Virus record (IMG/VR): IMGVR_UViG_3300042261_000330
Coordinates: 1 to 36,495 of that record
From: a virus
Lineage: Duplodnaviria; Caudoviricetes
Reading direction: 5' to 3' (one strand)
DNA: 36,495 bases
Shown in pieces: positions 26,387 through 34,320 of the stretch. The notes under the pieces are model-generated. The model was not told the origin of the DNA. It saw nothing but the letters and a program-made list of their open reading frames with translations, and ran no database searches. The translations under genes and the position numbers were made by a program. Within the stretch, counting starts at the first letter, position 1. Each line of letters begins with the position of its first letter.

Positions 26387-27223
26387 ATGAACGTGTCTGA
26401 AATAGTAACAAATAGAATTATTGAACAGTTAGAAAAAGGGATAATCCCTTGGAATAAGCCTTGGGGGAGCGCAAAAGCAATTAATTATGTAACTAGAAAG
26501 CCATATAAAGGGATGAATATATTACTGCTGGATCAACCTGGAGAATATTTAACATTCAATCAATGCAAGGCAGCAGGAGGAAGTATAAAAAAAGGCGCAA
26601 AATCAAAAATGATAGTTTTTTGGAAGATGTATAACAAAGAAGTTGATGCTGATGAGGCCGACAAAAAGACAAAAACAATCCCCGTATTAAATTATTATAA
26701 TGTGTTTCATATTTCGGACTGCGACGGAGTAGAAAGCAAAATAAAAGGAAACGAGAAACCCGAATTGGAATCAATACCAGATAAAGATGAGTTTATAAAC
26801 AAGTATATGAGTAATGAGCAGATAAGATACGAGCAGGAACACAGCGACAAGGCATATTATACAGTAGAACAGGACAAAATCCATTTACCCCTTACAAAAC
26901 AATTTGAAGGTATCGCAGAATATTACAGCACATTATTCCATGAAATGATACACAGCACAGGGCATCAAAAGAGATTAAATAGACTTGAATTGGCACAATA
27001 TCACAGTAGCAAAGAAGTAAGAAGCAAAGAAGAATTAACGGCAGAAATCGGAGCGGCTACCTTGATGAACGAATCAGGGCTAGAATCGGCAGGCAGTTTT
27101 AAAAATAGTACAGCATATATTCAGTCTTGGGTATCAGTTTTAAAGAATGATACAAACATGATAATACAGGCATCAAGCAGGGCGCAAAAAGCTGTTGATT
27201 ATATAAAAAGCAAAGCAAATTAA
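26387..27223 (+). CDS. ardC: ArdC-family antirestriction protein (ssDNA-binding domain + zincin-like domain)
   Basis: IIEQLEKGIIPWNKPW, YKGMNILLL, YLTFNQ, YYNVF, STLFHEMIHSTGH..RLNR, EELTAEIGA, SxAYIQSW. Confidence 0.9.
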   Translation: MNVSEIVTNRIIEQLEKGIIPWNKPWGSAKAINYVTRKPYKGMNILLLDQPGEYLTFNQCKAAGGSIKKGAKSKMIVFWKMYNKEVDADEADKKTKTIPVLNYYNVFHISDCDGVESKIKGNEKPELESIPDKDEFINKYMSNEQIRYEQEHSDKAYYTVEQDKIHLPLTKQFEGIAEYYSTLFHEMIHSTGHQKRLNRLELAQYHSSKEVRSKEELTAEIGAATLMNESGLESAGSFKNSTAYIQSWVSVLKNDTNMIIQASSRAQKAVDYIKSKAN

Positions 27224-27271
27224 ACAAATTCGCTGCGCTATCGGCTAGACGGGCAGAAGGAAGGTAGAAGG

Positions 27272-27550
27272 ATGAAAAGAAAATTATTAAGCAATGCAAA
27301 ATTAATTGCATTGGTAGAAAGCAAAAAGGGTCAAAATTCACTCAAAACAATATCCATATTTGATACTCGTGTCAATAGGTACTTAGACGAATATCAAATA
27401 GAAGAACGCAATATTAAGTCTTTTATTGATGTTCAAGATTTGAAGGAAACTTTAAACTGGAATTTAAACGGAGACGCCTCGAAGTATCAGTTTAAATGGG
27501 GGCAAACTAGTAAATATAGTTCTCAAGGTGTAGCTTATATTTTTGATTAA
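27272..27550 (+). CDS. Hypothetical protein
   Basis: 92 aa ORF with the shared AGGTAGAAGGATG leader. Confidence 0.7.
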   Translation: MKRKLLSNAKLIALVESKKGQNSLKTISIFDTRVNRYLDEYQIEERNIKSFIDVQDLKETLNWNLNGDASKYQFKWGQTSKYSSQGVAYIFD

Positions 27551-27585
27551 GTATTATTTAGAAGCATAGAAAGGAAGGTAGACGG

Positions 27586-27765
27586 ATGGCAATAGCAAAA
27601 AAAACAGTAGTAGGAGTCAGACTCGGCCCACGAATGAAGCAAAGGGCAGACAAGCGGGCAAGGTTGCAGGGTACAACATTGTCGGACTATATACGGAATT
27701 TGATAGACGATGATTTGAAAAAAGCAGTAGAAGAAGCAAAACAAAAAGAAAGCGGGAAGGAGTAA
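27586..27765 (+). CDS. Ribbon-helix-helix (CopG/Arc-like) regulator, 59 aa; not in ORF track
   Basis: MAIAKKTVVGVRLGPRMKQRADKRARLQGTTLSDYIRNLIDDDL: beta strand, helix, G-T-T-L-S-D-Y-I-R helix. Confidence 0.8.
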   Translation: MAIAKKTVVGVRLGPRMKQRADKRARLQGTTLSDYIRNLIDDDLKKAVEEAKQKESGKE

Positions 27766-27785
27766 TCTCCAACCCGCTCTTTTTT
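27751..27785. terminator. Terminator between convergent operons
   Basis: AGCGGG-AA-GGAG-TAAT-CTCC-AA-CCCGCT hairpin with T-rich flanks on both strands. Confidence 0.7.
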
Positions 27786-28236
27786 ATGTATTATACCAAT
27801 GTATTATGCGCCTTATAGCTACATTAGCTATATTTGAAGCTGATTGCCTATCATAGAATATTTTATCCCCCACCCACTGCCACACATCAGGGCAGCGCAT
27901 GGGCCTATCTATGTACCGATAAATCAAGGTAGACCGCTGAATCGGTTCAAGTATAAATAGCATATCATCAATTAGCTTTTTCCTATCCATCAGCTCATTT
28001 ATCTTATCTACATACCCTTGTATCTCTCTTTCATATCTTGCCACAATATCGCCTATCTTATCATGTGTCGCACTATGTGACTTTGGCATATCTGATAAAG
28101 TAGACGCCTGGAGTGTGCAATAATCTTTCAGTTTGATATACTCGTTTATGTCTTTATTCAAATCTCTTATTTGCGGCATAATAGCTTTATAGCTTTTAAG
28201 TAGACGGATAACCTCTTGCTTGTCTATCTTCTGCAT
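27784..28236 (-). CDS. ArpU/RinA-like late transcriptional activator
   Basis: LSDMPKS motif, coiled coil, sigma-region-4-like C-terminus (QRSTLIYRYI..WQWVGDKIFY); last early gene before packaging region. Confidence 0.75.
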   Translation of the reverse strand: MQKIDKQEVIRLLKSYKAIMPQIRDLNKDINEYIKLKDYCTLQASTLSDMPKSHSATHDKIGDIVARYEREIQGYVDKINELMDRKKLIDDMLFILEPIQRSTLIYRYIDRPMRCPDVWQWVGDKIFYDRQSASNIANVAIRRIIHWYNT

Positions 28237-28249
28237 CGCATCTTCTCCT

Positions 28250-28453
28250 TTAATTATAATGCTTACTTATCTTATCCAACTGACAGCTCGGGCAAGTGTC
28301 TGTCCATTCCCCTGAATAGTCACGCTTAGACTTCCAATTCTCGTTTCGCTTATGATCCACGCATTCGCCATAACTCTCGAATTCCTGCCCGTCTGTATCG
28401 CCGCAAGTGTCGCAGATTGCTATGTATTTTCCGTGTTGCTTATCTATGCTCAT
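28250..28453 (-). CDS. Small zinc-binding protein
   Basis: ICDTCG...W...WTDTCPSC. Confidence 0.65.
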   Translation of the reverse strand: MSIDKQHGKYIAICDTCGDTDGQEFESYGECVDHKRNENWKSKRDYSGEWTDTCPSCQLDKISKHYN

Positions 28454-28663
28454 GTTCCGCACCTCTCTAACAATATCTCTCTTAGTCTGTCCACTTCATC
28501 CATCAACTCGATTGCTGTTTTGGCTGTAACCACCATCTTCATTTTCTGATAGACCTCTGGCGCGTTCTTCGTCATAAATTGTATTTGTTGTGCGATTTAT
28601 ATAATCCGTTGCTACCCATTCATCATTCTTATTTTTAATTTTGAATATTTTTAATCCGAACAT
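28450..28663 (-). CDS. Small hypothetical protein, possibly frameshifted near 28600
   Basis: ATG 28663 frame ends after 55 aa; a second frame IAQQIQFMTKNAPEVYQKMKMVVTAKTAIELMDEVDRLREILLERCGT ends in ATGA overlap with the next gene. Confidence 0.4.
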
Positions 28664-28673
28664 CCTACTTCTC

Positions 28674-28880
28674 TCACTCGCTTTCTCTAAGTTTTATAAT
28701 CTCTAATACTTCTTCGTATGACATTTTATTGGCTTTACTTAAATCTACGGTCTCGTTGCCGTATTCTGCCTTTCTCCATCTCTCGTATTCGTCAAGTGGC
28801 ATGAATTCTGTAATAAAATCATCAACTATAGAAGAAAAGCAAGCCCATTTATTCTCATGTTCAACGTTATATCTCGGCAT
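28674..28880 (-). CDS. Hypothetical phage protein
   Basis: 68 aa, RBS GGGAGG, WACFSSIVDDFIT. Confidence 0.7.
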   Translation of the reverse strand: MPRYNVEHENKWACFSSIVDDFITEFMPLDEYERWRKAEYGNETVDLSKANKMSYEEVLEIIKLRESE

Positions 28881-28883
28881 CCC

Positions 28884-29144
28884 TTACTTCCTCCCCTCAA
28901 ACATTTCATCCCACATCCCCTGCCAATTTTCAAAATCGTTTCTAAGTTGTTTATAATCGTTTTTAAGCCTCTCAATGTCTTGGTAATATAAATTATCATT
29001 TTCTTGTTTTTCAACACTCTGTGACTCGATATGAGCGTTAAAACGTGCTTCTAGTTTTTCCGCCTCAACCATGTTAACGATTGTGAACAGTAGGATGCAA
29101 AAAAACAGTAAAAGGAAATATGCTATCACTCTTTTATCGCTCAT
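28884..29144 (-). CDS. Small membrane-anchored coiled-coil protein
   Basis: N-terminal TM segment; ATG 29144 behind GGAGAAAGG. Confidence 0.6.
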   Translation of the reverse strand: MSDKRVIAYFLLLFFCILLFTIVNMVEAEKLEARFNAHIESQSVEKQENDNLYYQDIERLKNDYKQLRNDFENWQGMWDEMFEGRK

Positions 29145-29364
29145 ACCTTTCCTCCTTGCTTTCCATAAAGCACCTATCACACTTTACAACACTGTGCCCG
29201 TTTTTGTTAATCACCATATCTAGTGCGTTACCATATACGAGGCATCCTGGATATGCTTTGACAACTTCTGACTCGCAAGGGTTAATGTATTGCACAAACT
29301 TACATCGAACCCCTGCCGCCACGCAATAATCGCCGTCTGGTACTGTTACTTTGATCGTGCTCAT
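29134..29364 (-). CDS. Cys-rich hypothetical protein
   Basis: 76 aa, six Cys, ATGA overlap with rusA. Confidence 0.6.
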   Translation of the reverse strand: MSTIKVTVPDGDYCVAAGVRCKFVQYINPCESEVVKAYPGCLVYGNALDMVINKNGHSVVKCDRCFMESKEERYER

Positions 29365-29759
29365 TTTATCTCCTCCAGTTCTACTTCTATTCTCGGGTTC
29401 TCACTATACCACTTTTCAACACTAGCAGAAACGATTTGTGAATCATCGTGGTAAGCTAGCTTATTAAGCGCATCTGATATAATTTTGCCGACATTATCCC
29501 AGTCGGGCTTCTTCACTGGCCTTAATATACCTAGTATCATTGCTTCTCTTGCTTTTTTAGGTGCTGACTTCGGTATGGCAAAATATGCGTTTACTTTTAG
29601 TTTTAGCTGTCCTTCAAGTTGCCTCGCAAAGTTCTGTTGTATGTATAATTGTCTAACTAACGTTTCATAGTTTATTGTTTGTTCTGGTGTGTATGTGCCA
29701 AATTTGCCGTGTCGTGGTCTTTGCTTTGCTGTTGGTTCTCCTGGTATTATTAATCTCAT
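29361..29759 (-). CDS. rusA: RusA Holliday junction resolvase
   Basis: IPGEPTAKQRPR, KKPDWDNVGKIISDALN..YHDDSQIV. Confidence 0.92.
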   Translation of the reverse strand: MRLIIPGEPTAKQRPRHGKFGTYTPEQTINYETLVRQLYIQQNFARQLEGQLKLKVNAYFAIPKSAPKKAREAMILGILRPVKKPDWDNVGKIISDALNKLAYHDDSQIVSASVEKWYSENPRIEVELEEIK

Positions 29760-29771
29760 AAATATATCCTC

Positions 29772-30164
29772 CTAGAAAGGTAGATCGTCGTCGTCATTGA
29801 TCGGTGCATATGTATCTGGCACTTGCGGTGCTGCCTGTTGCCCTTCTGACTTCTTGCCGCCTACAAAATTAACTTCCTCGACGATAACGTCTGTCGTGTA
29901 TACCTTCTTCCCTTCGCTGTTTTCGTATGATCCAGTTTGTATTCTTCCTACAAGCGCCATGCCGCTACCCTTCGCAAAATACTTGCTAACAAATTCTGCT
30001 TGCTTTCCCCATGCTACGCAGCTGATAAAGTCGGCTTGCTTGTCCTCGCCCTGCTTAACTCTCCTGTCAACTGCAAGATTGAATTTTGCAACTGCTGTGC
30101 CGTTCTGTGTGTATTTTAGTTCGATATCCCTTGTTACGCGTCCGATAAGTATAGTTTTATTCAT
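29772..30164 (-). CDS. ssb: Single-stranded DNA-binding protein
   Basis: MNKTILIGRVTRDIEL, ADFISCVAWG, GRIQTGSY, C-terminal DDDLPF. Confidence 0.96.
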   Translation of the reverse strand: MNKTILIGRVTRDIELKYTQNGTAVAKFNLAVDRRVKQGEDKQADFISCVAWGKQAEFVSKYFAKGSGMALVGRIQTGSYENSEGKKVYTTDVIVEEVNFVGGKKSEGQQAAPQVPDTYAPINDDDDLPF

Positions 30165-30703
30165 GTTATTTCTCCAATCATTTTTATTTTTTCTTGTAAT
30201 CTTGCTATCATATTTTTTGTGCTGTTAGGCAGAGCTTGCATCTGCTGTTCATTTTTCATTTTTGCTGTATAGCTCCGCATGAAATTAGATTGTATTACTG
30301 AATTTGTTGTGTCGCTTTCCATCATGGCCCATTCCCTAAGTTGATTTGGGCTGCCTATTATTTTTTGAATTACCGGGGGGAATTTGTCAAAATGTTCTTG
30401 TGCGTGATAGTTTGCGTCTTTTATTGCTGCCAGGACTATGCCCCATGCTTCGAGTTCTGTCTGTTGTTCAGGTTGTGTTATTAAACGGATCTTCTCTTTG
30501 ACATCTGCTATTGACGGTGGATATTTAAGAGTAACTATCATTGCCTTTATTGCTTCGGTTACAATTGCGGCATTATCGTCAACGAACATCATGGCCCATA
30601 ATTCAATTATCTGATGCGCATCTTCTCTTCGCATATCTTTATAATAAGACGGATATGCCGCTTTCATAATGCCCATTATTGCAATCACCTCATCCCTTGT
30701 CAC
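30161..30703 (-). CDS. Replicative helicase loader/inhibitor (SPP1 G39P-like N-terminus)
   Basis: MTRDEVIAIMGIMKAAYP..W..KYPPSIAD; follows initiator gene. Confidence 0.75.
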   Translation of the reverse strand: MTRDEVIAIMGIMKAAYPSYYKDMRREDAHQIIELWAMMFVDDNAAIVTEAIKAMIVTLKYPPSIADVKEKIRLITQPEQQTELEAWGIVLAAIKDANYHAQEHFDKFPPVIQKIIGSPNQLREWAMMESDTTNSVIQSNFMRSYTAKMKNEQQMQALPNSTKNMIARLQEKIKMIGEIT

Positions 30704-31428
30704 ATTTTTCCCTCCTCTCTTAAGATGTCAAAGAATACATTGCTGCTGCCGCTGTCTTTTTTATTTTGCTGGCTTAAAGCAAATACACCCTTCCAACCTC
30801 GCTGAATGCTTTGGTGCAGAATAGCAATCTTTGTGTCATCGTCTTTAGCAAGTTTATCTAATTCTTTTAGGATAAGCTCAACTGCCTTTTCCGTCATTGG
30901 TGCTTTTATTTTTTTGCGGAATTCTTTAAAGTCATCCATTGCGATTTCAATCGCGGATTTGGATTTGGATTCTCGAATAGGATTCGGATTCGGATTCGGA
31001 TTCGGATTCTCGGGGACATATGCATTCATTTGATTGCATATGATATCATCTGATATCACGTTTAATGTCGCTTCCTCTAAAGATGGATATTTACTGCGTT
31101 TCGCCCTTATTTGTTGATGTTTGTCCCAATTTACCATTTGAAGGTATCTTTTTTCTTCACAAAAATATAATGTTATCAACGGATTGGGTTTGATAGTAGA
31201 TAATTTCTTAAGATATCTTTCGATATCAGATGATTTCACGTTTTCTTTTAGTGGATATAGCTTTGCTTTTAGTATTGGAATCCTCGCATCAAGCCGACCG
31301 AAGTCGTCGCAATTAACAATAAGCCTGTAAAAAAATATTTCCTCTTGAGGCGTGAGTCTTTCAATGTCCTCACTAAAACAAATACTCTCTTTAATAATTC
31401 TGTTAGGGATATAGATCACCTCCTCCAC
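30700..31428 (-). CDS. Phage replication initiator/replisome organiser
   Basis: PNRIIKESI..FFYRLIVNCDDFGR..WDKHQ N-terminal domain, (NP)n linker, FRKKIKAPMT..SIQRGWKGVF C-terminal domain. Confidence 0.8.
   Translation of the reverse strand: MEEVIYIPNRIIKESICFSEDIERLTPQEEIFFYRLIVNCDDFGRLDARIPILKAKLYPLKENVKSSDIERYLKKLSTIKPNPLITLYFCEEKRYLQMVNWDKHQQIRAKRSKYPSLEEATLNVISDDIICNQMNAYVPENPNPNPNPNPIRESKSKSAIEIAMDDFKEFRKKIKAPMTEKAVELILKELDKLAKDDDTKIAILHQSIQRGWKGVFALSQQNKKDSGSSNVFFDILREEGKM
30980..31059. repeat. (GGATTC)x5 and paired TGATATCA palindromes inside the initiator gene; candidate origin region
   Basis: Five hexamers at 30980-31009; TGATATCATCTGATATCA at about 31041-31058. Confidence 0.5.
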
Positions 31429-31664
31429 TCTTTAGCTTGTGGGCAAGTACTAAAATGGCTCACCCTGCCGAACGCCGCATCATCAGCCTCGTAAGCATCG
31501 CCCATTTTGTAGCCCTTCAGTACATGACCATAATCGGTAATGATAATGCAATCGCCCTCTTTATCTGCCTTAATCATTATATATTCGCCCTCAACTGGCA
31601 TTGCTTTTCCCGTAGTGGTGCGAATCCATGATATGTCCGCACCACAGCTTCTGCATTTGCTCAT
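31416..31664 (-). CDS. Small zinc-binding phage protein
   Basis: CRSCGADISWIRTTTGKAMP...HFSTCP. Confidence 0.75.
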   Translation of the reverse strand: MSKCRSCGADISWIRTTTGKAMPVEGEYIMIKADKEGDCIIITDYGHVLKGYKMGDAYEADDAAFGRVSHFSTCPQAKEWRR

Positions 31665-32314
31665 GGCTTATCCACCTTTTCAAACTCAATCACCCACGCC
31701 CACGGATTTTCCATCCAATTGCCGTAAATACTATCCCATTTTTGGCTGAATGCCTCTATCCTTGTGCAACACAAATCTGCGCCAATTTCTTTTGATGCGC
31801 CGATAAACGGTGCGCCGTCTCTGTGCGGTTCTGCCCAATAACTGTATATCCCTTCTGCCTTTGCATCTTCCTCGGATATGTCTTGCAGCCTCTCAACTCT
31901 CACATTTGTCACTTTTAAGAATATTCTTGCGGCTTCTCTTGGCATGTGAATGGACGGAATCCATACCTCATCTTTGCACTGGCTTGCATTGCCCCAATAA
32001 GGAAATGTTGGTGGTTCTCCATCGGCCTTATAAACGAATCCCGTATCGTTACTGCATGGCGTCCAAGTTTGCGCCCACGTTTCCCTAACCCAAAGAATTT
32101 CGCCAACCTGATAAGGCGGCTTAATAAACGTATTAAATTTATTCCCGGATCCAAAACCAAAACAACCAATGTCTTTAGAACACGTTGAGAATGTTACTAC
32201 TCCAAATGTTTCCTTGCTATTCGTAGGCTGCGGCTTTACAATCCTTCTCGTCTGTGTTTTTCTTTCGTCAAGTATAGCCCTGACCATTACTGTATTAAAA
32301 ATTATCGGTTTCAC
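31661..32314 (-). CDS. ASCH/PUA-like conserved phage protein
   Basis: MKPIIFNTVMVRAILDERKTQTRR, LWVRETW, WIPSIHMPREAARIFLKVTNVRVERLQDI, NPWAWVIEF. Confidence 0.8.
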   Translation of the reverse strand: MKPIIFNTVMVRAILDERKTQTRRIVKPQPTNSKETFGVVTFSTCSKDIGCFGFGSGNKFNTFIKPPYQVGEILWVRETWAQTWTPCSNDTGFVYKADGEPPTFPYWGNASQCKDEVWIPSIHMPREAARIFLKVTNVRVERLQDISEEDAKAEGIYSYWAEPHRDGAPFIGASKEIGADLCCTRIEAFSQKWDSIYGNWMENPWAWVIEFEKVDKP

Positions 32315-32764
32315 TTTAACCCCTCCTTATAATATTTTCTGAACACACCTAACATAAAATCTGCTGCGTTATCCTTTTCGACAAACTTCAATTCGAGTTG
32401 GAACTTATAACACCATGTTTTTTAGGAAACTTCTTATATCCGCTGGGCTCATTCTACTCCTGTACTCGTGACGGTCTATTTGGCTTTCAGAAGCTTCAAC
32501 CATTAGGATAACCTTACAACCTTTCGCCCTTTCAAACTCCCTCTGAAATCGTTCTCTCCCCTTTGTGAAGTTACCTATAAGTTCATCGATGGAATGTTTT
32601 CTTTCAATTACAATTTTGTTTTCATAGCTGATGCCATCAACCTCAAAAGAATAATCAGCATAATCAAGTTTTTTTGTTTTATAAGAGATTCCGAGAGAAT
32701 CAAGCCTTTTGGCTATGTGTCTGTTGACTTGTTCTCTTGAATCTATAAGAATTACGCCCTTCAT
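32311..32764 (-). CDS. ERCC4-domain nuclease, apparent +1 frameshift at 32418-32423
   Basis: ILIDSREQ, LDYADYS, IERKHSIDEL; removing one A gives FLKTWCYKFQLELKFV...EGLK ending in GTGA overlap with the next gene. Confidence 0.8.
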
Positions 32765-33519
32765 GTGCCTATCTGGTCATACGGGATAATATCCGTTAAA
32801 ACTTTGGTAGCTTTGCAGTAGTCGCATTTCTCGCACCTTGTCGGCTCTTGTTCTCCCTTTTTGATAGCCGCAAACCTTTGAATGTTTGGCTTAATAATCT
32901 GATCCATACAATAGTCTAGGCGTTCTTGTGGTATGCTGATAATTGCAATGTCGGGTTCGGGCTTCTCTTTTGTTGCTGCTGCTATGAAAAACGGAAGATT
33001 ATTTCCTTCAATAGCTTGATAAATAGCTCCTTGGATGTCATAACCCCATACTTCAATAAAAGTTAGCTTCAACCCATTCTTCCAAACAGGCTCAAAGTCT
33101 CTCATAATTTTAAGATCTACTATTGCTTTACCAGGATGATAACTGTCTATGCGAATTTTAAAAGGTACTCCGTCAATTTCACCAGTCCTAACAACTTGCT
33201 GTTCCCCTGTAATATACCGCATAAACATTTCATCACGTTCAATTCGTTGAATTATGTATTCGGCGTGTTTGTAGTCGGATTTTAACTCTCCTTTTTGTGT
33301 AAATATTGCAGGGTTTTGGGCTTTAAATAAATCTAAACTTTTGGAAAAATGCGCATCTACGTAACTTCCAACTAACAACGCCGTTGTTGTTTCTTCCTGC
33401 CACTCACCTTTAATGCCTGCTATCGTTGCTGCCTCACATTCCATGAAGCTCTTGAATTGACTGGCTCCCATGTACTTCATTGCCATTTCTTGTGAATAAT
33501 AATTTTCTGCTGTTAACAT
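32761..33519 (-). CDS. PD-(D/E)xK exonuclease (RecE/DUF3799-like)
   Basis: LTAENYYS, SQFKSF, FKIRID..IVDLK, YDIQGAIYQ, C-terminal CEKCDYC. Confidence 0.85.
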   Translation of the reverse strand: MLTAENYYSQEMAMKYMGASQFKSFMECEAATIAGIKGEWQEETTTALLVGSYVDAHFSKSLDLFKAQNPAIFTQKGELKSDYKHAEYIIQRIERDEMFMRYITGEQQVVRTGEIDGVPFKIRIDSYHPGKAIVDLKIMRDFEPVWKNGLKLTFIEVWGYDIQGAIYQAIEGNNLPFFIAAATKEKPEPDIAIISIPQERLDYCMDQIIKPNIQRFAAIKKGEQEPTRCEKCDYCKATKVLTDIIPYDQIGT

Positions 33520-33710
33520 TTTGTACCCTCATCTTTCTTTATTTTTATTGCGTAATAGACTTGCCCTAACTGTATTTGCTTAAGTAAAAATCTTGTTTGC
33601 CAGCTTAAGAACCAACCTTTGTGATAAACCTTCTCGTGCCAGATAATAAAATCAAGTTTTGAAATTACATCAAGATTCGTAATTCTTAACCCTTTTTTAA
33701 ATGCTTTCAT
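33513..33710 (-). CDS. Small basic hypothetical protein
   Basis: 65 aa, overlaps both neighbours. Confidence 0.6.
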   Translation of the reverse strand: MKAFKKGLRITNLDVISKLDFIIWHEKVYHKGWFLSWQTRFLLKQIQLGQVYYAIKIKKDEGTKC

Positions 33711-34312
33711 TTCAACACATCCACTATTACAGTTTTTTCGCCTTTGCCGTTTACGTCCTCAACCTCCTCTTTAGTCTGCATTCCCATTAATAACTCTGGA
33801 CAATGTACTCTTGCAAAAAATGCACTTGCCCTGTATGCCAACATTAATTCAGGCATAGTCTGCCATTTGCTGCCACCTTTACCATGCCAACCTTCTTTCT
33901 TTGCCATGTCAATAGTAACTTCTGCCCCTTTGACTATTTCTCCGCTAGACACCCTTTCGGCTTCGACATAGCAGCCCCAAGTATCTTTGTTTCTTTCTCC
34001 TGTGTAAACGTGCTTTACGTTTCGGAATTCAGGAGAATTTTTTAACATCGCCGTTGCAGCTTGTCCGCTCCATGAAGGTTTACCTTGTACTACATATAAG
34101 TTTTGCATTACCATCAACGGGCTAACTCCCATTCTTGAAGCCATTTCTATTGCGACAAAACAGTTTTCAGGCTTGCCCCTGTAGGTTTGGGGAACAATAT
34201 CTGTCTTTGCCATCATTGCTGCGGCTCTTGCCATTTGATCAAATACTTCTTTGTTAGTAAATGATACCTCTGTACCGTTTGGTATCTGTTGTAAGCTTAA
34301 TTCTTCGCTCAT
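33707..34312 (-). CDS. RecT-like single-strand annealing recombinase
   Basis: IVPQTYRGKPENCFVAIEMASRM..MQNLYVVQGKP, SKWQTMPELMLAYRA..FARVHCPE; next to exonuclease. Confidence 0.75.
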   Translation of the reverse strand: MSEELSLQQIPNGTEVSFTNKEVFDQMARAAAMMAKTDIVPQTYRGKPENCFVAIEMASRMGVSPLMVMQNLYVVQGKPSWSGQAATAMLKNSPEFRNVKHVYTGERNKDTWGCYVEAERVSSGEIVKGAEVTIDMAKKEGWHGKGGSKWQTMPELMLAYRASAFFARVHCPELLMGMQTKEEVEDVNGKGEKTVIVDVLK

Positions 34313-34320
34313 AAATCCTC

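Noticed and set aside
30980-31009. (GGATTC)x5 as a phase-variable switch
   Set aside because: The unit is 6 bp, so slippage keeps the frame; it encodes the Asn-Pro linker common in phage initiators.
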